Shown: in pieces, positions 54,492 through 63,593 of the stretch
Layout of the letters: the number at the start of each line of letters is the position of its first letter
How positions within the stretch are numbered: the stretch's first letter is position 1
Source: an uncultured virus (IMG/VR IMGVR_UViG_3300029951_000024)
Taxonomy: Duplodnaviria; Heunggongvirae; Uroviricota; Caudoviricetes
Direction: 5' to 3' (one strand)
Length of the DNA stretch: 64,000 nucleotides
IMG/VR virus record: IMGVR_UViG_3300029951_000024
Program-made: the position numbers and the translations under genes
The notes under the pieces: model-generated
Database searches by the model: none
Seen by the model: only the letters and a program-made list of their open reading frames with translations
Told to the model about the DNA's origin: nothing

Positions 54492-55008
54492 AGGTCACGC
54501 AGTGCGCAGCGGCCGCCAACAAGCCAAAGAGCGGCGCGATGATGAAGCCGAACGGGATGTCATCATCAAACTCGTCACGCACCGAGCCGGGGGCGTCCGT
54601 ATTGCCTGCGGCCGGTTGGCGGCCCTGCGCCTGAGAGCGCTGCTGTCGCTGCTCGCCGCCGCCTTCGTCGCCTTGCTTGCGGCTCAGCATTCGGAAGTTT
54701 TCGCAGACGATCTCCGTGGTGTAGCGGTCGGCGCCATTCTTGTCCTGCCACTTGCGAGTCTGTAGACGGCCCTGGATGTACACCAGCGAACCCTTTTCGG
54801 TGTACTGCTGCGCGACCTCAGCCGTGCGGCCGTAAATCGTGACGCTGTGCCACTCGGTTTTTTCCTTGCGGTCGCCGCTTTCCTTATCCTTCCAGGTCTC
54901 CGACGTGGCAATGCGCAGGTTGACCACGCTGTTGCCGCTAGGAAGATTCTTCAGCTCCGGATCCTGGCCGAGTCGGCCGATCAGCTGCACCATGTTCAAG
55001 TTACTCAA
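54481..55008 (-). CDS. ssb: single-stranded DNA-binding protein with C-terminal extension
   Basis: [41 protein letters not shown] followed by 22 extra aa. Confidence 0.93.
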   Translation of the reverse strand: MSNLNMVQLIGRLGQDPELKNLPSGNSVVNLRIATSETWKDKESGDRKEKTEWHSVTIYGRTAEVAQQYTEKGSLVYIQGRLQTRKWQDKNGADRYTTEIVCENFRMLSRKQGDEGGGEQRQQRSQAQGRQPAAGNTDAPGSVRDEFDDDIPFGFIIAPLFGLLAAAAHCVTYVS

Positions 55009-56258
55009 GGGACCTCCTGCCAATTGATATTGCGAATCCATTCGAGTGCCACGTGGGTCGGCACCAAATGCTCTGTTGCGACCAGCACCAGAATGTCGTG
55101 TGCGGTCGGTGGGTTTCCGCGCGCCAGCTCGATGCGCTCCGCCTCGGCCTGCTTGCGGGCGGCCTCCGCATCGGCCCGTCGCTGTGCCTCGGCCTGTCGA
55201 TCGCGCTCAGCCTGCTCACGGCGCGCCAGTTCGTCGGCGTCGCGCTGCTGCTTCGCCAGCCGCTCACGCTCCTGCGCTTGGCGCGTCCGCTCTGCCGCCT
55301 CGCGCTGTTCGTCTTCGATGCGGCGGTCATGGGTGACCAGCGCTCCCTCGATGGCCGTGATAGACGCCGCTTTGGCAGCCTGAGCCACGGCGACCAGGGC
55401 GCCGAAGATCGCGGCATTGACCGGCCACAGCTTCGCGTTTTCGAGCGCTTGCAGGATCTGCGCACGGCTGGCACCGCGTAGCTTCTGCGGCTGCTCGGCG
55501 ATCGCGGTGATATCCCGCAACAGTTTGTCCGTGTGGGCGCGCTCTTCCGCGGCCTTGCGATCCCGCTCGGCATCCTCAGCGCGCCGGCGGTTCAGCTCGA
55601 CGCGCTCGGCGGCAATACGGACCTGCTCGGCTTCGTGCGCCACGGCCGCCGCGTGTATCTCGCGCAGGCGGGCGATCGATGCCAACCGGGCGTCTTCGGC
55701 TTCTACCTGATACTCGCCGAAAGATTCATCGATGACCTCGCGCTCGATTTCACCGATGCGGTCAAGGATCGCTTCGGCGCTGCGCCCAATCGACGCGGGC
55801 ACGGCCTCGCGCATTTCGGTGATGCGCTCGCGAATCAGCCGCGTGCGCTCCAGTTCCCTTTCGATCAGCGCCTGTTTCAATGCCTCGGCACGCTGGTCGT
55901 ATTCGTCCTGTAGCTTCTGGAGTCGTTCCTCTTCGGGCTCGATGATGGCGACCAGACCGTTTTCCAAAGCGATGACGGCCTTGGACAACGCCGTCGCATC
56001 CTCGCGCGCCGTCTTGCCTGCGGCCTTGATGGCGACGCGCTCATTCTTGAGTGTGATGCGCGCCCGGTAGACCTGCTCACGGCCGTCGGCGTTGGTGATG
56101 GCGACAATGTCCTTTGTCGACTGCGCCAGCGTCTTGAGCGCGGTTTCCTTTTCTGCCGGGATGGCCAGGGCAATTACGGCACGCTCTTTGACGGTCAGCG
56201 CTACCGCGGTCCCCGGGGAGGCGATCAGCGCCTCTACTGCTTTCGTTGCTGCGTTCAT
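55005..56258 (-). CDS. long coiled-coil protein
   Basis: E/R/A-rich heptads; common in phage recombination modules. Confidence 0.75.
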   Translation of the reverse strand: MNAATKAVEALIASPGTAVALTVKERAVIALAIPAEKETALKTLAQSTKDIVAITNADGREQVYRARITLKNERVAIKAAGKTAREDATALSKAVIALENGLVAIIEPEEERLQKLQDEYDQRAEALKQALIERELERTRLIRERITEMREAVPASIGRSAEAILDRIGEIEREVIDESFGEYQVEAEDARLASIARLREIHAAAVAHEAEQVRIAAERVELNRRRAEDAERDRKAAEERAHTDKLLRDITAIAEQPQKLRGASRAQILQALENAKLWPVNAAIFGALVAVAQAAKAASITAIEGALVTHDRRIEDEQREAAERTRQAQERERLAKQQRDADELARREQAERDRQAEAQRRADAEAARKQAEAERIELARGNPPTAHDILVLVATEHLVPTHVALEWIRNINWQEVP

Positions 56259-56902
56259 GCCGCTTCCTCTCTATATGCGCGGATTTCTGCGACCCGGACC
56301 ATGACCTCGGCGAGTAGCCGGTGTACCTCGGCGCCGTAGGTCTCCATCAGCGCCTCGTCACGCAGCATCCGCTTGCGGAAAATCTGCATGTGCGCCGGAT
56401 AGTCCGGATGCCAGCTGATGAAGTCGCACCACTGCGCGCCGGTGACCCACAGGTTGTGGACGCACTGGTAGTAGTACTCGGCCGGGACTACCCTGCCTTG
56501 CAGGTAGTCGAAGTGCGTTGCCTGCTTCGGCGCCTTCAGCTCCTGGATGCCCTCGAAGTTATTGACGTGGCCGTCCAGCGAGCACCCGGCCATGATCGAC
56601 TCGCAGGCCAGGAACCCGGTCTTCTGCACGATCTCGCCGGTCAGCGCCTCATATGCGCAGATAATTTCGGGCTCCTTCTCTGAGCCGCGGCGCATGTCAT
56701 AGGTCTGCGGGCCTTGCTCTTCCGGCCTGCCGGTGACTTGCTCCAATGCCATTGCTTGTATGACATTGCGCCGCGCCGTGGAGTAGCCGCCGCTCTTGAC
56801 GCGGGCCATCATGTCTACGGCGCGGGAGCCGGTCAGGCGTCCCATGCGGGCAATGCGCCACTCGTCGCTGCGCTGCTCGCAATCAATGATTTTGAACTTC
56901 AT
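56255..56902 (-). CDS. YqaJ / lambda-exonuclease family protein
   Basis: QRSDEW..RMGRLTGS, GCSLDG, ELKAP, YYYQC..LWVTG..WCDFIS. Confidence 0.9.
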   Translation of the reverse strand: MKFKIIDCEQRSDEWRIARMGRLTGSRAVDMMARVKSGGYSTARRNVIQAMALEQVTGRPEEQGPQTYDMRRGSEKEPEIICAYEALTGEIVQKTGFLACESIMAGCSLDGHVNNFEGIQELKAPKQATHFDYLQGRVVPAEYYYQCVHNLWVTGAQWCDFISWHPDYPAHMQIFRKRMLRDEALMETYGAEVHRLLAEVMVRVAEIRAYREEAA

Positions 56903-57408
56903 GCGTATTCCCCAAAGTGTGTAACCCGGGCCGCCTGATATGCCGACGCGGCCGCGGCCGGTGTCGGGTAGGTGCCCAGGTAGATTTTCTTTTTGTTCAC
57001 GGCGATGCGCGCCTCGTACCGTCCGGCGGTGCGTGCAGGGTGAACTCCCATAGGCAGGTCAGCGCGCTTGCTGCGCTTTCGCGTCTTATGGTTCCAGGCG
57101 TTCTGCGTTGGCGTTGCATCGCGCAGGTTGAGCGGCGCATCGTTCTGCGAATTGCCGTCGCGGTGATCCACGTGGCCACGCGCCCAGCGGCGGCGGGTCA
57201 TGACATAGATCAACTGCGATCGCCGATACTTGCGGCCGGCAAACTGGATGATCCAGTAGACCTTGCCGCAATGGTTCGGGGTCGGCGTCCCGGCAATCTG
57301 CCCGCGAAGGTCCGGGTGCCCCTTCGGGGGCACCGTCCAGAACAGCACGCCGTCGACGCGCATTTCGAGCGCCGCCTTGAGACTCGCGATTGTTGGGCGG
57401 CGCTTCAT
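56899..57408 (-). CDS. HNH endonuclease with AP2 domain
   Basis: VDHRDGNSQND..NLR..T..QN; GV..YEARI..KKIYLG.Y....A..AY..A..HFGEYA. Confidence 0.88.
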   Translation of the reverse strand: MKRRPTIASLKAALEMRVDGVLFWTVPPKGHPDLRGQIAGTPTPNHCGKVYWIIQFAGRKYRRSQLIYVMTRRRWARGHVDHRDGNSQNDAPLNLRDATPTQNAWNHKTRKRSKRADLPMGVHPARTAGRYEARIAVNKKKIYLGTYPTPAAAASAYQAARVTHFGEYA

Positions 57409-58235
57409 TTCTGCGGCGTTCCCGTGGTGGCCGTAGCGGCGGCCGTAACCTTGTCGGCCTGCCGCTTGAGCGTGGCCCAGCGGGCGCCTTCGTGGTTGGC
57501 CATGAACGTGCGCTTCTCCATGGGAGATTCCTTCCACGCCTTGAGCAACGGCTCCTTGCCCTCTTCGGCCTTGACCTTCAGGGCCTCGGCCCACGGCTCG
57601 TATCCTTCCGGCGGCTGCGGGCCGCGGCGGACAGGGGTCGCAGTCCCGGCCGGCGCACCAGCAGCGCCGGTGGCAGTCGCGCGCCCTGCGCCGTTGGCGT
57701 CATCGTCCTGGCTATACTCGCGGGCCACGACGCCGGTGATGGCCTGGAAGGTCGCGCCCTCCAGATAAGTCAGCGTCGACTTAATCATCTGAAGGTCGTT
57801 TTTCTTGCCCGTGGTATCCGGCGGCCCGGCAATGGTGACCGACTCTTTATGTCCCTCGATGTGGGACAGGATGCATGTCATCTTGATCCACGAGGGGTCC
57901 GTCTGGTCCACGCTCCAACGAGCATTCAGCCCAAACTGGCCAAGCGCAGCATTGGTGGTGTTCACCAGATTGCCCAGCGATGCATAGTCGGATCCGAACT
58001 GGTCGTTATGCAGATCCTTGACCACGGCCGGCGCGTTCTTTTTGAACTCGGCGAATGCGGTGACATAGGCGCTCTCGGCCTGCATGGCCTTGAACTCGCG
58101 CCAGATCTCCATACGGGCCTTGAACAGCTCCGGGTTGGGCTCGCGCAGGATCTCCATTTGGATCTGTTGCAATGGAGTCAGCTGCGGCGGCTCCATGCGC
58201 GTGAGGGTTGCGACTTCGTGTGCTTGTGCGTTCAT
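57405..58235 (-). CDS. erf: ERF family single-strand annealing protein
   Basis: YASL, CILSHIEGH.E, Q.IKSTLTY, DDDAN motifs; next to the exonuclease. Confidence 0.85.
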   Translation of the reverse strand: MNAQAHEVATLTRMEPPQLTPLQQIQMEILREPNPELFKARMEIWREFKAMQAESAYVTAFAEFKKNAPAVVKDLHNDQFGSDYASLGNLVNTTNAALGQFGLNARWSVDQTDPSWIKMTCILSHIEGHKESVTIAGPPDTTGKKNDLQMIKSTLTYLEGATFQAITGVVAREYSQDDDANGAGRATATGAAGAPAGTATPVRRGPQPPEGYEPWAEALKVKAEEGKEPLLKAWKESPMEKRTFMANHEGARWATLKRQADKVTAAATATTGTPQK

Positions 58236-58265
58236 GGACTTCCCTTTCGATGATGTGAAAATTAG

Positions 58266-58544
58266 TTAGGCCTGGAGCCGCAGGCAGTCGGGCAACTTGA
58301 AGCGCTCGCGGTACTGGCGCAGCCGGTCGCGCCATGCTTCGGCGCGGACGGGTGCCAGACGTGCGCGCTCGATGTCGGAGCCCGTTACCTGAATCCGGGT
58401 GATCTCCAGCGGCGCCACTCGTGCGCGCTCCTTCGGATTGCGGCCAACGCGGACCGCGAAGCGCTTCTCTTCAAGGTTGTCATGCCGGCGCAGCTGCTCA
58501 GCGTTGCGCCGGTCATGGAATCGGCCGCTAAGAATGGCTGGCAT
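58266..58544 (-). CDS. hypothetical basic protein
   Basis: GGAG RBS; ORF in series. Confidence 0.5.
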   Translation of the reverse strand: MPAILSGRFHDRRNAEQLRRHDNLEEKRFAVRVGRNPKERARVAPLEITRIQVTGSDIERARLAPVRAEAWRDRLRQYRERFKLPDCLRLQA

Positions 58545-58545
58545 G

Positions 58546-58677
58546 TCAGAGCGCTCCTGTGTGGATGTGATGCCACAGCATCGGAGCGCCGACCCAGACG
58601 GCCCATCCCCATGCGGTCGCGACGGCGATAAAGATCGCTCCGAGTACGGCGACCTCAGTTTTTGTCCAAAGAAACAT
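58546..58677 (-). CDS. small membrane protein
   Basis: MFLWTKTEVAVLGAIFIAVATAWGWAVWVGAPMLW... Confidence 0.5.
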   Translation of the reverse strand: MFLWTKTEVAVLGAIFIAVATAWGWAVWVGAPMLWHHIHTGAL

Positions 58678-58679
58678 AG

Positions 58680-58814
58680 TTACCCCCTCGCCTTGGCGCG
58701 CCAGACATTGAAGGCATCGCAGCCGACTATCAGCGCGCACACCGCGCACCCGAACAAAAACACGTCACGCACGGCCGTAGTCCACGTGGCCGTATGGATG
58801 TAGTGAGCAATCAC
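58680..58814 (-). CDS. small membrane protein (44 aa)
   Basis: GTGA-coupled; VFLFGCAVCALIVGC. Confidence 0.45.
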   Translation of the reverse strand: MIAHYIHTATWTTAVRDVFLFGCAVCALIVGCDAFNVWRAKARG

Positions 58815-59107
58815 AGGTAGTCCCCCATGCGCTTAAACAAGATTGACTCCATGCCCATCTGCCGGCGCATCGTTTCGATGGCCGCGATCAGCTTCGGCAT
58901 TTCGGTTTGCTCAAGGCGCTTGAGCACGAGGGTCAGGAACGCGCGCTCGGTGGCCGCGTCCAGCTGGACAACCTGCACAGTCGGAGCGGTGGGCGCGCCG
59001 GACTTGATCTCTTCCTGAATCTCCGCGAACTCCTGCGCGAATTCATCGGTAGTCGGGACATCGCCGCGGCGCACGCGGTCGAGCATTTCTTTGATGGCTG
59101 GCGACAT
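58811..59107 (-). CDS. hypothetical protein
   Basis: GGAG RBS. Confidence 0.6.
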   Translation of the reverse strand: MSPAIKEMLDRVRRGDVPTTDEFAQEFAEIQEEIKSGAPTAPTVQVVQLDAATERAFLTLVLKRLEQTEMPKLIAAIETMRRQMGMESILFKRMGDYL

Positions 59108-59109
59108 GG

Positions 59110-59283
59110 CTACAGCTCCCCGAAGCGACTGACCCCGGCGTCATCGGCGGCGATGTCTTCGGGCTCCGGCTCGATAGGCTCGAAAGCGTGTTTGTCGGCC
59201 AGCTGGTCTAGACGCCAGCTGGGGAGCGATTCGGCAGCGGCGGGCGCCGTGCGTGTGGGTATCTGTGTCTGACTGCGTTGCAT
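59110..59283 (-). CDS. small acidic hypothetical protein, first gene of the PL-like operon
   Basis: AAGGAGG RBS. Confidence 0.55.
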   Translation of the reverse strand: MQRSQTQIPTRTAPAAAESLPSWRLDQLADKHAFEPIEPEPEDIAADDAGVSRFGEL

Positions 59284-59312
59284 GGTGGCCTCCTTGGCTA
59301 GCAAGGCGCCAT

Positions 59313-59352
59313 ATCAGCACACTCATTGAAGGGTGTCAATGAGTATGCTGAT
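59313..59352. promoter_or_regulatory. OL-like operator pair / leftward promoter
   Basis: ATCAGCACACTCATTGA-6 nt-TCAATGAGTATGCTGAT inverted repeat containing TTGACA on the minus strand. Confidence 0.75.
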
Positions 59353-59415
59353 TCAAGAAAACATATATTCCGTGTGGTCCGCTAGGAAGTCAGGGATTTA
59401 CTCAGGGGAAATAGC

Positions 59416-59452
59416 AAAAAGCCCCACGCTCCGTTAGGGGCGCAGGGCTTTT
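59416..59452 (-). terminator. terminator downstream of the repressor gene
   Basis: AAAAAGCCC...GGGCTTTT hairpin. Confidence 0.55.
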
Positions 59453-59477
59453 CGTCGGTCCGAGTCGGGCTGGTAGG

Positions 59478-59843
59478 TTACTTGTGCGTGCGCTGCTGCA
59501 GCTCGGCTAGCAGCTGGTCTAGGACTGAGCCGCCGGCGCGCACAGTGGTGGGCAGCCCGATGCCGTATTGCAGCCACACCGTGCGGATGCCCAGCGCGTC
59601 CGCGATTATCCCCGCATAGGAGCCTTTTTGCAGGTTATCCCTATCGTTGATGTAGTTGGTGATAGAGGTCTGCCCGGGAGCGACCCCTGGCACGCCTTGG
59701 GCGATCCGTCGGCACTCTTCTAGTAGTACCGCCTGAGTCCGGATTGTGGCATGTGAGGCGAGCACGTCCCGCAGCCGCTGATTGGCAGTCTTGCCATCAG
59801 GTCCGACAGGGAAGGGCTCCTTCTGTCGTTTCTCAGTCGCCAT
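59478..59843 (-). CDS. CI-like HTH repressor without a peptidase domain
   Basis: NQRLR..QTSITNY..IADALGIRTVWLQYGIG; divergent from the Cro-like gene and flanked by operators. Confidence 0.7.
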   Translation of the reverse strand: MATEKRQKEPFPVGPDGKTANQRLRDVLASHATIRTQAVLLEECRRIAQGVPGVAPGQTSITNYINDRDNLQKGSYAGIIADALGIRTVWLQYGIGLPTTVRAGGSVLDQLLAELQQRTHK

Positions 59844-59878
59844 CTCAATAACTGCCGGTAAACCCAAGCGGCTCACCG

Positions 59879-59958
59879 TATCAGTCGACTCATAGGCTGT
59901 CACGTTTGCGTTCACTTCAGCATACTCATTGCACTGCGCATGAGTATGCTGATAGTCT
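59879..59958. promoter_or_regulatory. OR-like operators and rightward promoter
   Basis: TCAGCATACTCAT (59917-59929) and ATGAGTATGCTGA (59940-59952), plus degenerate TCAGTCGACTCAT (59881-59893); TTGCAC-18-TAGTCT. Confidence 0.75.
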
Positions 59959-59966
59959 CGCAGCCT

Positions 59967-60275
59967 ATGAAGACTAAACTCAAGAACATCGCACCCACCC
60001 GGGAGCCGGACCACTCTGGTGAACCGGCCCACGTTCGCGCACTCCGGGACGCTGTCGAACACGGTGGCGGGAGCCAAGTCGCGCTGTCTGAAGGCATCGC
60101 GGCGTTCATGAAGCGCCCGGCGTTCGGGCAAAGCACTATCTCGTATTGGCTGTCCGCCCAGACACTTCTCGAAGCGAAGTGGTGGCCAGCGATCGAACAC
60201 TGCACTAAAGGCAGAGTTACCCGCGAACAGCTGCGTCCCGATGTTTTCGGCAAGCAGCGCCGGCGGGCGGCCTGA
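59967..60275 (+). CDS. Cro/YdaS-like regulator
   Basis: GGGSQVALS..QSTISYWL..IEHCTKGRVTREQLRPDVF. Confidence 0.82.
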   Translation: MKTKLKNIAPTREPDHSGEPAHVRALRDAVEHGGGSQVALSEGIAAFMKRPAFGQSTISYWLSAQTLLEAKWWPAIEHCTKGRVTREQLRPDVFGKQRRRAA

Positions 60276-60610
60276 ATCGTGGGGGCTGGCGTGAACGGGC
60301 AGGTCATCCCACCTGCGGCCGTAGGGGCTGAGTCTTCGCTCCTGCAATTTCTTATATCCATCCGTGGCGCAGTGAGTGCGGATGCTGCGCCACAGCAGAG
60401 CAGTGCGGACCGTGCGCACGTCACAAAAGTGACAACGATTGCCATTTCAGCTGAAACACAAAACCTGTCGCGCAGCTTTCCGGCGCTGAAAACAATTCGT
60501 AGCAAGGGGGATGCGAGGCTCATGGTTGAGGATTTGAACATTTCGCAACCATGTGTGCTTGCGAGAAAGTCGCATCTAGTCGCAGCACATATTGATATCC
60601 GGTGCGCGAC

Positions 60611-61012
60611 GTGACCGTCGCTCTGCGATCACTCAATGGCGCCACTCCCGAGAGCATCTTGGAAGTGCACACGGCCCTTATAGATCGGCTCGGCCGCAAG
60701 TTTGTCGCGAACAAACTCTGGCCGCACAAGGATATCGGCAGCGCCACACGCTACCTCTCCGATTGCCTCAATCCGAATCGCGAGCACTGCATCGGTGTTG
60801 AGCGCAGCCACCAGCTCAAGAAGCTCGCCGCAGAGCGCGGAATTCACAGCGCATTTGAATGGGAGGCCATCGACCTGGGCTATTCGGCTCCCGTCTATAT
60901 AGAGGTGGATCCCATCAAGGCGGAACTCCGCCGCAGGCTCGATGACGCAGAACGCACGGTGGCGGAACTGCGTAACCAACTCACAGAAACACTCTCGGTA
61001 CTAACGCGATGA
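60611..61012 (+). CDS. CII-like phage regulatory protein
   Basis: KFVANKLWP.K....A.RYLSDCLNPNR; position after the cro-like gene; start uncertain. Confidence 0.65.
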   Translation: MTVALRSLNGATPESILEVHTALIDRLGRKFVANKLWPHKDIGSATRYLSDCLNPNREHCIGVERSHQLKKLAAERGIHSAFEWEAIDLGYSAPVYIEVDPIKAELRRRLDDAERTVAELRNQLTETLSVLTR

Positions 61013-61197
61013 AAGACCGCGACCCATCAATCGAATTGCCGCCGCGCATCTCGCGTTGCCGCTGCATCGGTCCGCACTGCGCAGGGTGCGGCTCACATTT
61101 CAAACCGCACCCGACGCAGCCGCAGTACTGCGCCGAGTGCATTTCCTGGGGAAACAATCCTATGACCGCAGACACGCAGGGCGCCGGAGCGCCATGA
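61009..61197 (+). CDS. small zinc-finger protein
   Basis: CAGCG..F.P....YCAEC; ATGA-coupled on both sides. Confidence 0.55.
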   Translation: MKDRDPSIELPPRISRCRCIGPHCAGCGSHFKPHPTQPQYCAECISWGNNPMTADTQGAGAP

Positions 61198-62012
61198 AGT
61201 TTCATCGCTATTCGGAGATATTCCCGCTGATCGAAGGACAGGCCTTCGATGACTTGGTGCTCGACATCAAGATGAACGGGCAGAAGGAAAAAATCTGGCT
61301 GTATGAGGGGAAGATCCTCGACGGTCGCAACCGCTACCTCGCGTGCCAGCGCGCGAAGGTGAAGCCGCAGACGAAGACCTACCACGGCAAAGAGCCGCTG
61401 AAATTCGTGCTGTCGCTCAACATGCATCGTCGGCACTTGAATGAGAGCCAGCGCGCCATGGTGGCCGCTCGCCTCACGCAGATTGAGGCTGAAGACCGCA
61501 AGGCAGGTGCGCCAATTGGCGCAGGTGCTCTGTCTCAGTCCGATGCCGCCACCACCATGAATGTCGGCCGCCGCTCAGTGCAGCGGGCGGCGCAGGTGCA
61601 GGAAAAAGGCAGCAAGCAGCTTCAGGACGCCGTCGACGCCGGCGAGCTGTCGGTATCGAAAGCCGCCGCAGTACTCGACCGCCCCAAGGGTCAGCAGCTG
61701 GCGGCCGCGAAGGAGCCTACGCCAGCGCCGGAGGCTCCGAATCTCAACGAGGGATGGGTGCCTGAGCACGACGAGGATGCGTACCTCGCGGGACTGGAGA
61801 AGGAATACGCCGCATCGATCGATCGGATCATGGGCGCCGACGACAAGTTGAAGGCGGCCCACGAAGAGCTGAAGCGGCAAGCGGCTCAGATCGCGCAGCT
61901 GAAACTATCCCGCGATGGTTTCCAGAATGAACGTCTCGAGGCCATCCGGCTGGTCAAGCAGCTGCGCCGCGAGAACGACGGTCTCAAACGCAAACTCGAC
62001 AAGGCGGCTTAA
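61194..62012 (+). CDS. ParB-like protein (ParB N-terminal domain, HTH, coiled-coil C-terminus)
   Basis: ILDGRNRYLAC arginine patch, NMHRRHLNESQRAM, HTH SQSDAATTMNVGRRSVQRA, C-terminal heptads. Confidence 0.85.
   Translation: MKFHRYSEIFPLIEGQAFDDLVLDIKMNGQKEKIWLYEGKILDGRNRYLACQRAKVKPQTKTYHGKEPLKFVLSLNMHRRHLNESQRAMVAARLTQIEAEDRKAGAPIGAGALSQSDAATTMNVGRRSVQRAAQVQEKGSKQLQDAVDAGELSVSKAAAVLDRPKGQQLAAAKEPTPAPEAPNLNEGWVPEHDEDAYLAGLEKEYAASIDRIMGADDKLKAAHEELKRQAAQIAQLKLSRDGFQNERLEAIRLVKQLRRENDGLKRKLDKAA
61508..61523. repeat. dispersed palindrome copy 9 (TGCGCCAATTGGCGCA)
   Basis: Inside the ParB-like gene, encoding APIGA just before the HTH. Confidence 0.9.
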
Positions 62013-62015
62013 CCC

Positions 62016-63593
62016 ATGGAAAGCCAGCATCTGTTTCTGCCGGCCACCAGTGCCAACTACTCCAGCACCAGCTTCCCGTCGCCGCGTGACTTCCAGGTCA
62101 CCGCGCACGAGAAGCTGCGTGACGGCGTACGCAACAAGCACCGCAAGCAGCTGCTGGTGGCGCCCACGGGCTCAGGCAAGACATACCTGGGCCTGCGGGC
62201 GTCGCATGAGGCATTGATTAAGGGGCGCCGTGCGCTGTTCGTCTGTGACCGCACTGCGCTGATCGACCAAACTAGCAAGCGTGCCGATGAGTACGGGCTC
62301 ACGGCACACGGCATCGTCCAGGCGAATCACTGGCGGCGCGACAAGTCGCAGCCGTTCCAGATCGCCAGCATCCAGACCATCGGCGCCCGCGGCTTCTGGC
62401 CCGATGCCGATGTCATCATCATCGATGAGGCTCACACGCAGTACAGCACCTGGGTGGAGCATCTGAAGACCACCAAGGCGGCCGTCATCGGGCTGACCGC
62501 CACGCCGTGCTCGAAGGGCCTTGGGCATAGCTTCTCGAACATGGTCAATGCAGCGACCATGAATGAACTGACCCTGGCGGGCGTGCTGGTCCCAATGCGG
62601 ATCATGTCGTGCACGAAGCCCGACATGGCCGGCGCGCAGACCAATAGCGTCGGGGAGTGGACCGAGAAGGCCGCATCGCAGCGTGAGGCGATGATCCTCG
62701 GGGATGTGGTCTCCGAATGGAGCAACTACGCTGCCGACATCCGCAAGACGATCGCCTTCGGTCCGGACATCGCCTACTGCCACCAGCTCGCGCAGCGCTT
62801 CAATGAGGCGGGCATCCCGGCTGATGTGTTCACGTCAGAGACCAAGCCCGCCGAGCGGGAGTATCTGCTGGCGGAGTACAGCAAGCCGAATCCAAAGATG
62901 CGCGTGCTGGTCAGCGTGGAGGCCTTAGCGAAGGGCTTCGACGTGCCGGACATCGGGTGCGTCATTGATGCGCGGCCGCTGCGCAAGTCGCTGTCCACCG
63001 CGATCCAGATGTGGGGCCGTGGCCTGCGGTCATCGCCCGACACCGGCAAGACCGAGTGCCTGCTGCTAGACCACAGCGGCAACATCCAGCGGTTCTACAA
63101 AGACTTCATCGACGTGTACTTCAATGGCTTCCATAGCCTCGACATGGCTGAGCAGCTGGACGGCAAGGTCCGCAAGGATGATGAGGAATTCGAGCCGGCC
63201 GGGTGCCCGACGTGCGGCCACAAGCCGTTCCTGCGCCGCTGCATGGCCTGTGGCTATGAAAAGCCCACCATGGTCTTCGAGGACTCCAAGGCCGGCGAAA
63301 TGCGGGAAATACGCATCGGCAAGAACGTCATCGCATCCGACCAGGTCAATCTATGGCAGCAGCTGTGCGCATACGTGCGCGGCCACGGCAACCCGGACAA
63401 TCAGAGCAACCGAGCCCGGGCGATCTTCAAAGACATCACCGGGGACTGGCCGACTCGCGACTGGAGTTTCAGCGCAACCGAAAATGCGCCCATCAGTCAC
63501 GGGACGCTGAGCAAGATCAAGTCGCTCAACCTGCGGTTTCGCAAGGGGAATGAGAAGAAGGCGCGGCTCGCGGCGGAGGCTCGCGCTTCGTGA
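62016..63593 (+). CDS. SF2 DEAD/DEAH-box helicase with zinc finger
   Basis: APTGSGKT, IIDEAH, GLTATP, KGFDVPD, QMWGRGLR, CPTCG..CMACG. Confidence 0.92.
   Translation: MESQHLFLPATSANYSSTSFPSPRDFQVTAHEKLRDGVRNKHRKQLLVAPTGSGKTYLGLRASHEALIKGRRALFVCDRTALIDQTSKRADEYGLTAHGIVQANHWRRDKSQPFQIASIQTIGARGFWPDADVIIIDEAHTQYSTWVEHLKTTKAAVIGLTATPCSKGLGHSFSNMVNAATMNELTLAGVLVPMRIMSCTKPDMAGAQTNSVGEWTEKAASQREAMILGDVVSEWSNYAADIRKTIAFGPDIAYCHQLAQRFNEAGIPADVFTSETKPAEREYLLAEYSKPNPKMRVLVSVEALAKGFDVPDIGCVIDARPLRKSLSTAIQMWGRGLRSSPDTGKTECLLLDHSGNIQRFYKDFIDVYFNGFHSLDMAEQLDGKVRKDDEEFEPAGCPTCGHKPFLRRCMACGYEKPTMVFEDSKAGEMREIRIGKNVIASDQVNLWQQLCAYVRGHGNPDNQSNRARAIFKDITGDWPTRDWSFSATENAPISHGTLSKIKSLNLRFRKGNEKKARLAAEARAS

Noticed and set aside
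59844..60419. Upstream extension making a 313-aa repressor
   Set aside because: Would run through the OR operators and antisense to cro; ATG 59843 is more plausible
60279..60614. 111-aa ORF between cro and the cII-like gene
   Set aside because: No motif or clear RBS and atypical composition; cannot support it, though it may be coding or regulatory
613..61523. Reading the 14-bp palindromes as terminators or REP elements
   Set aside because: No loop or U-tract in most copies, four lie within coding sequence, and they are not clustered like REPs; a dsDNA protein-binding site fits better
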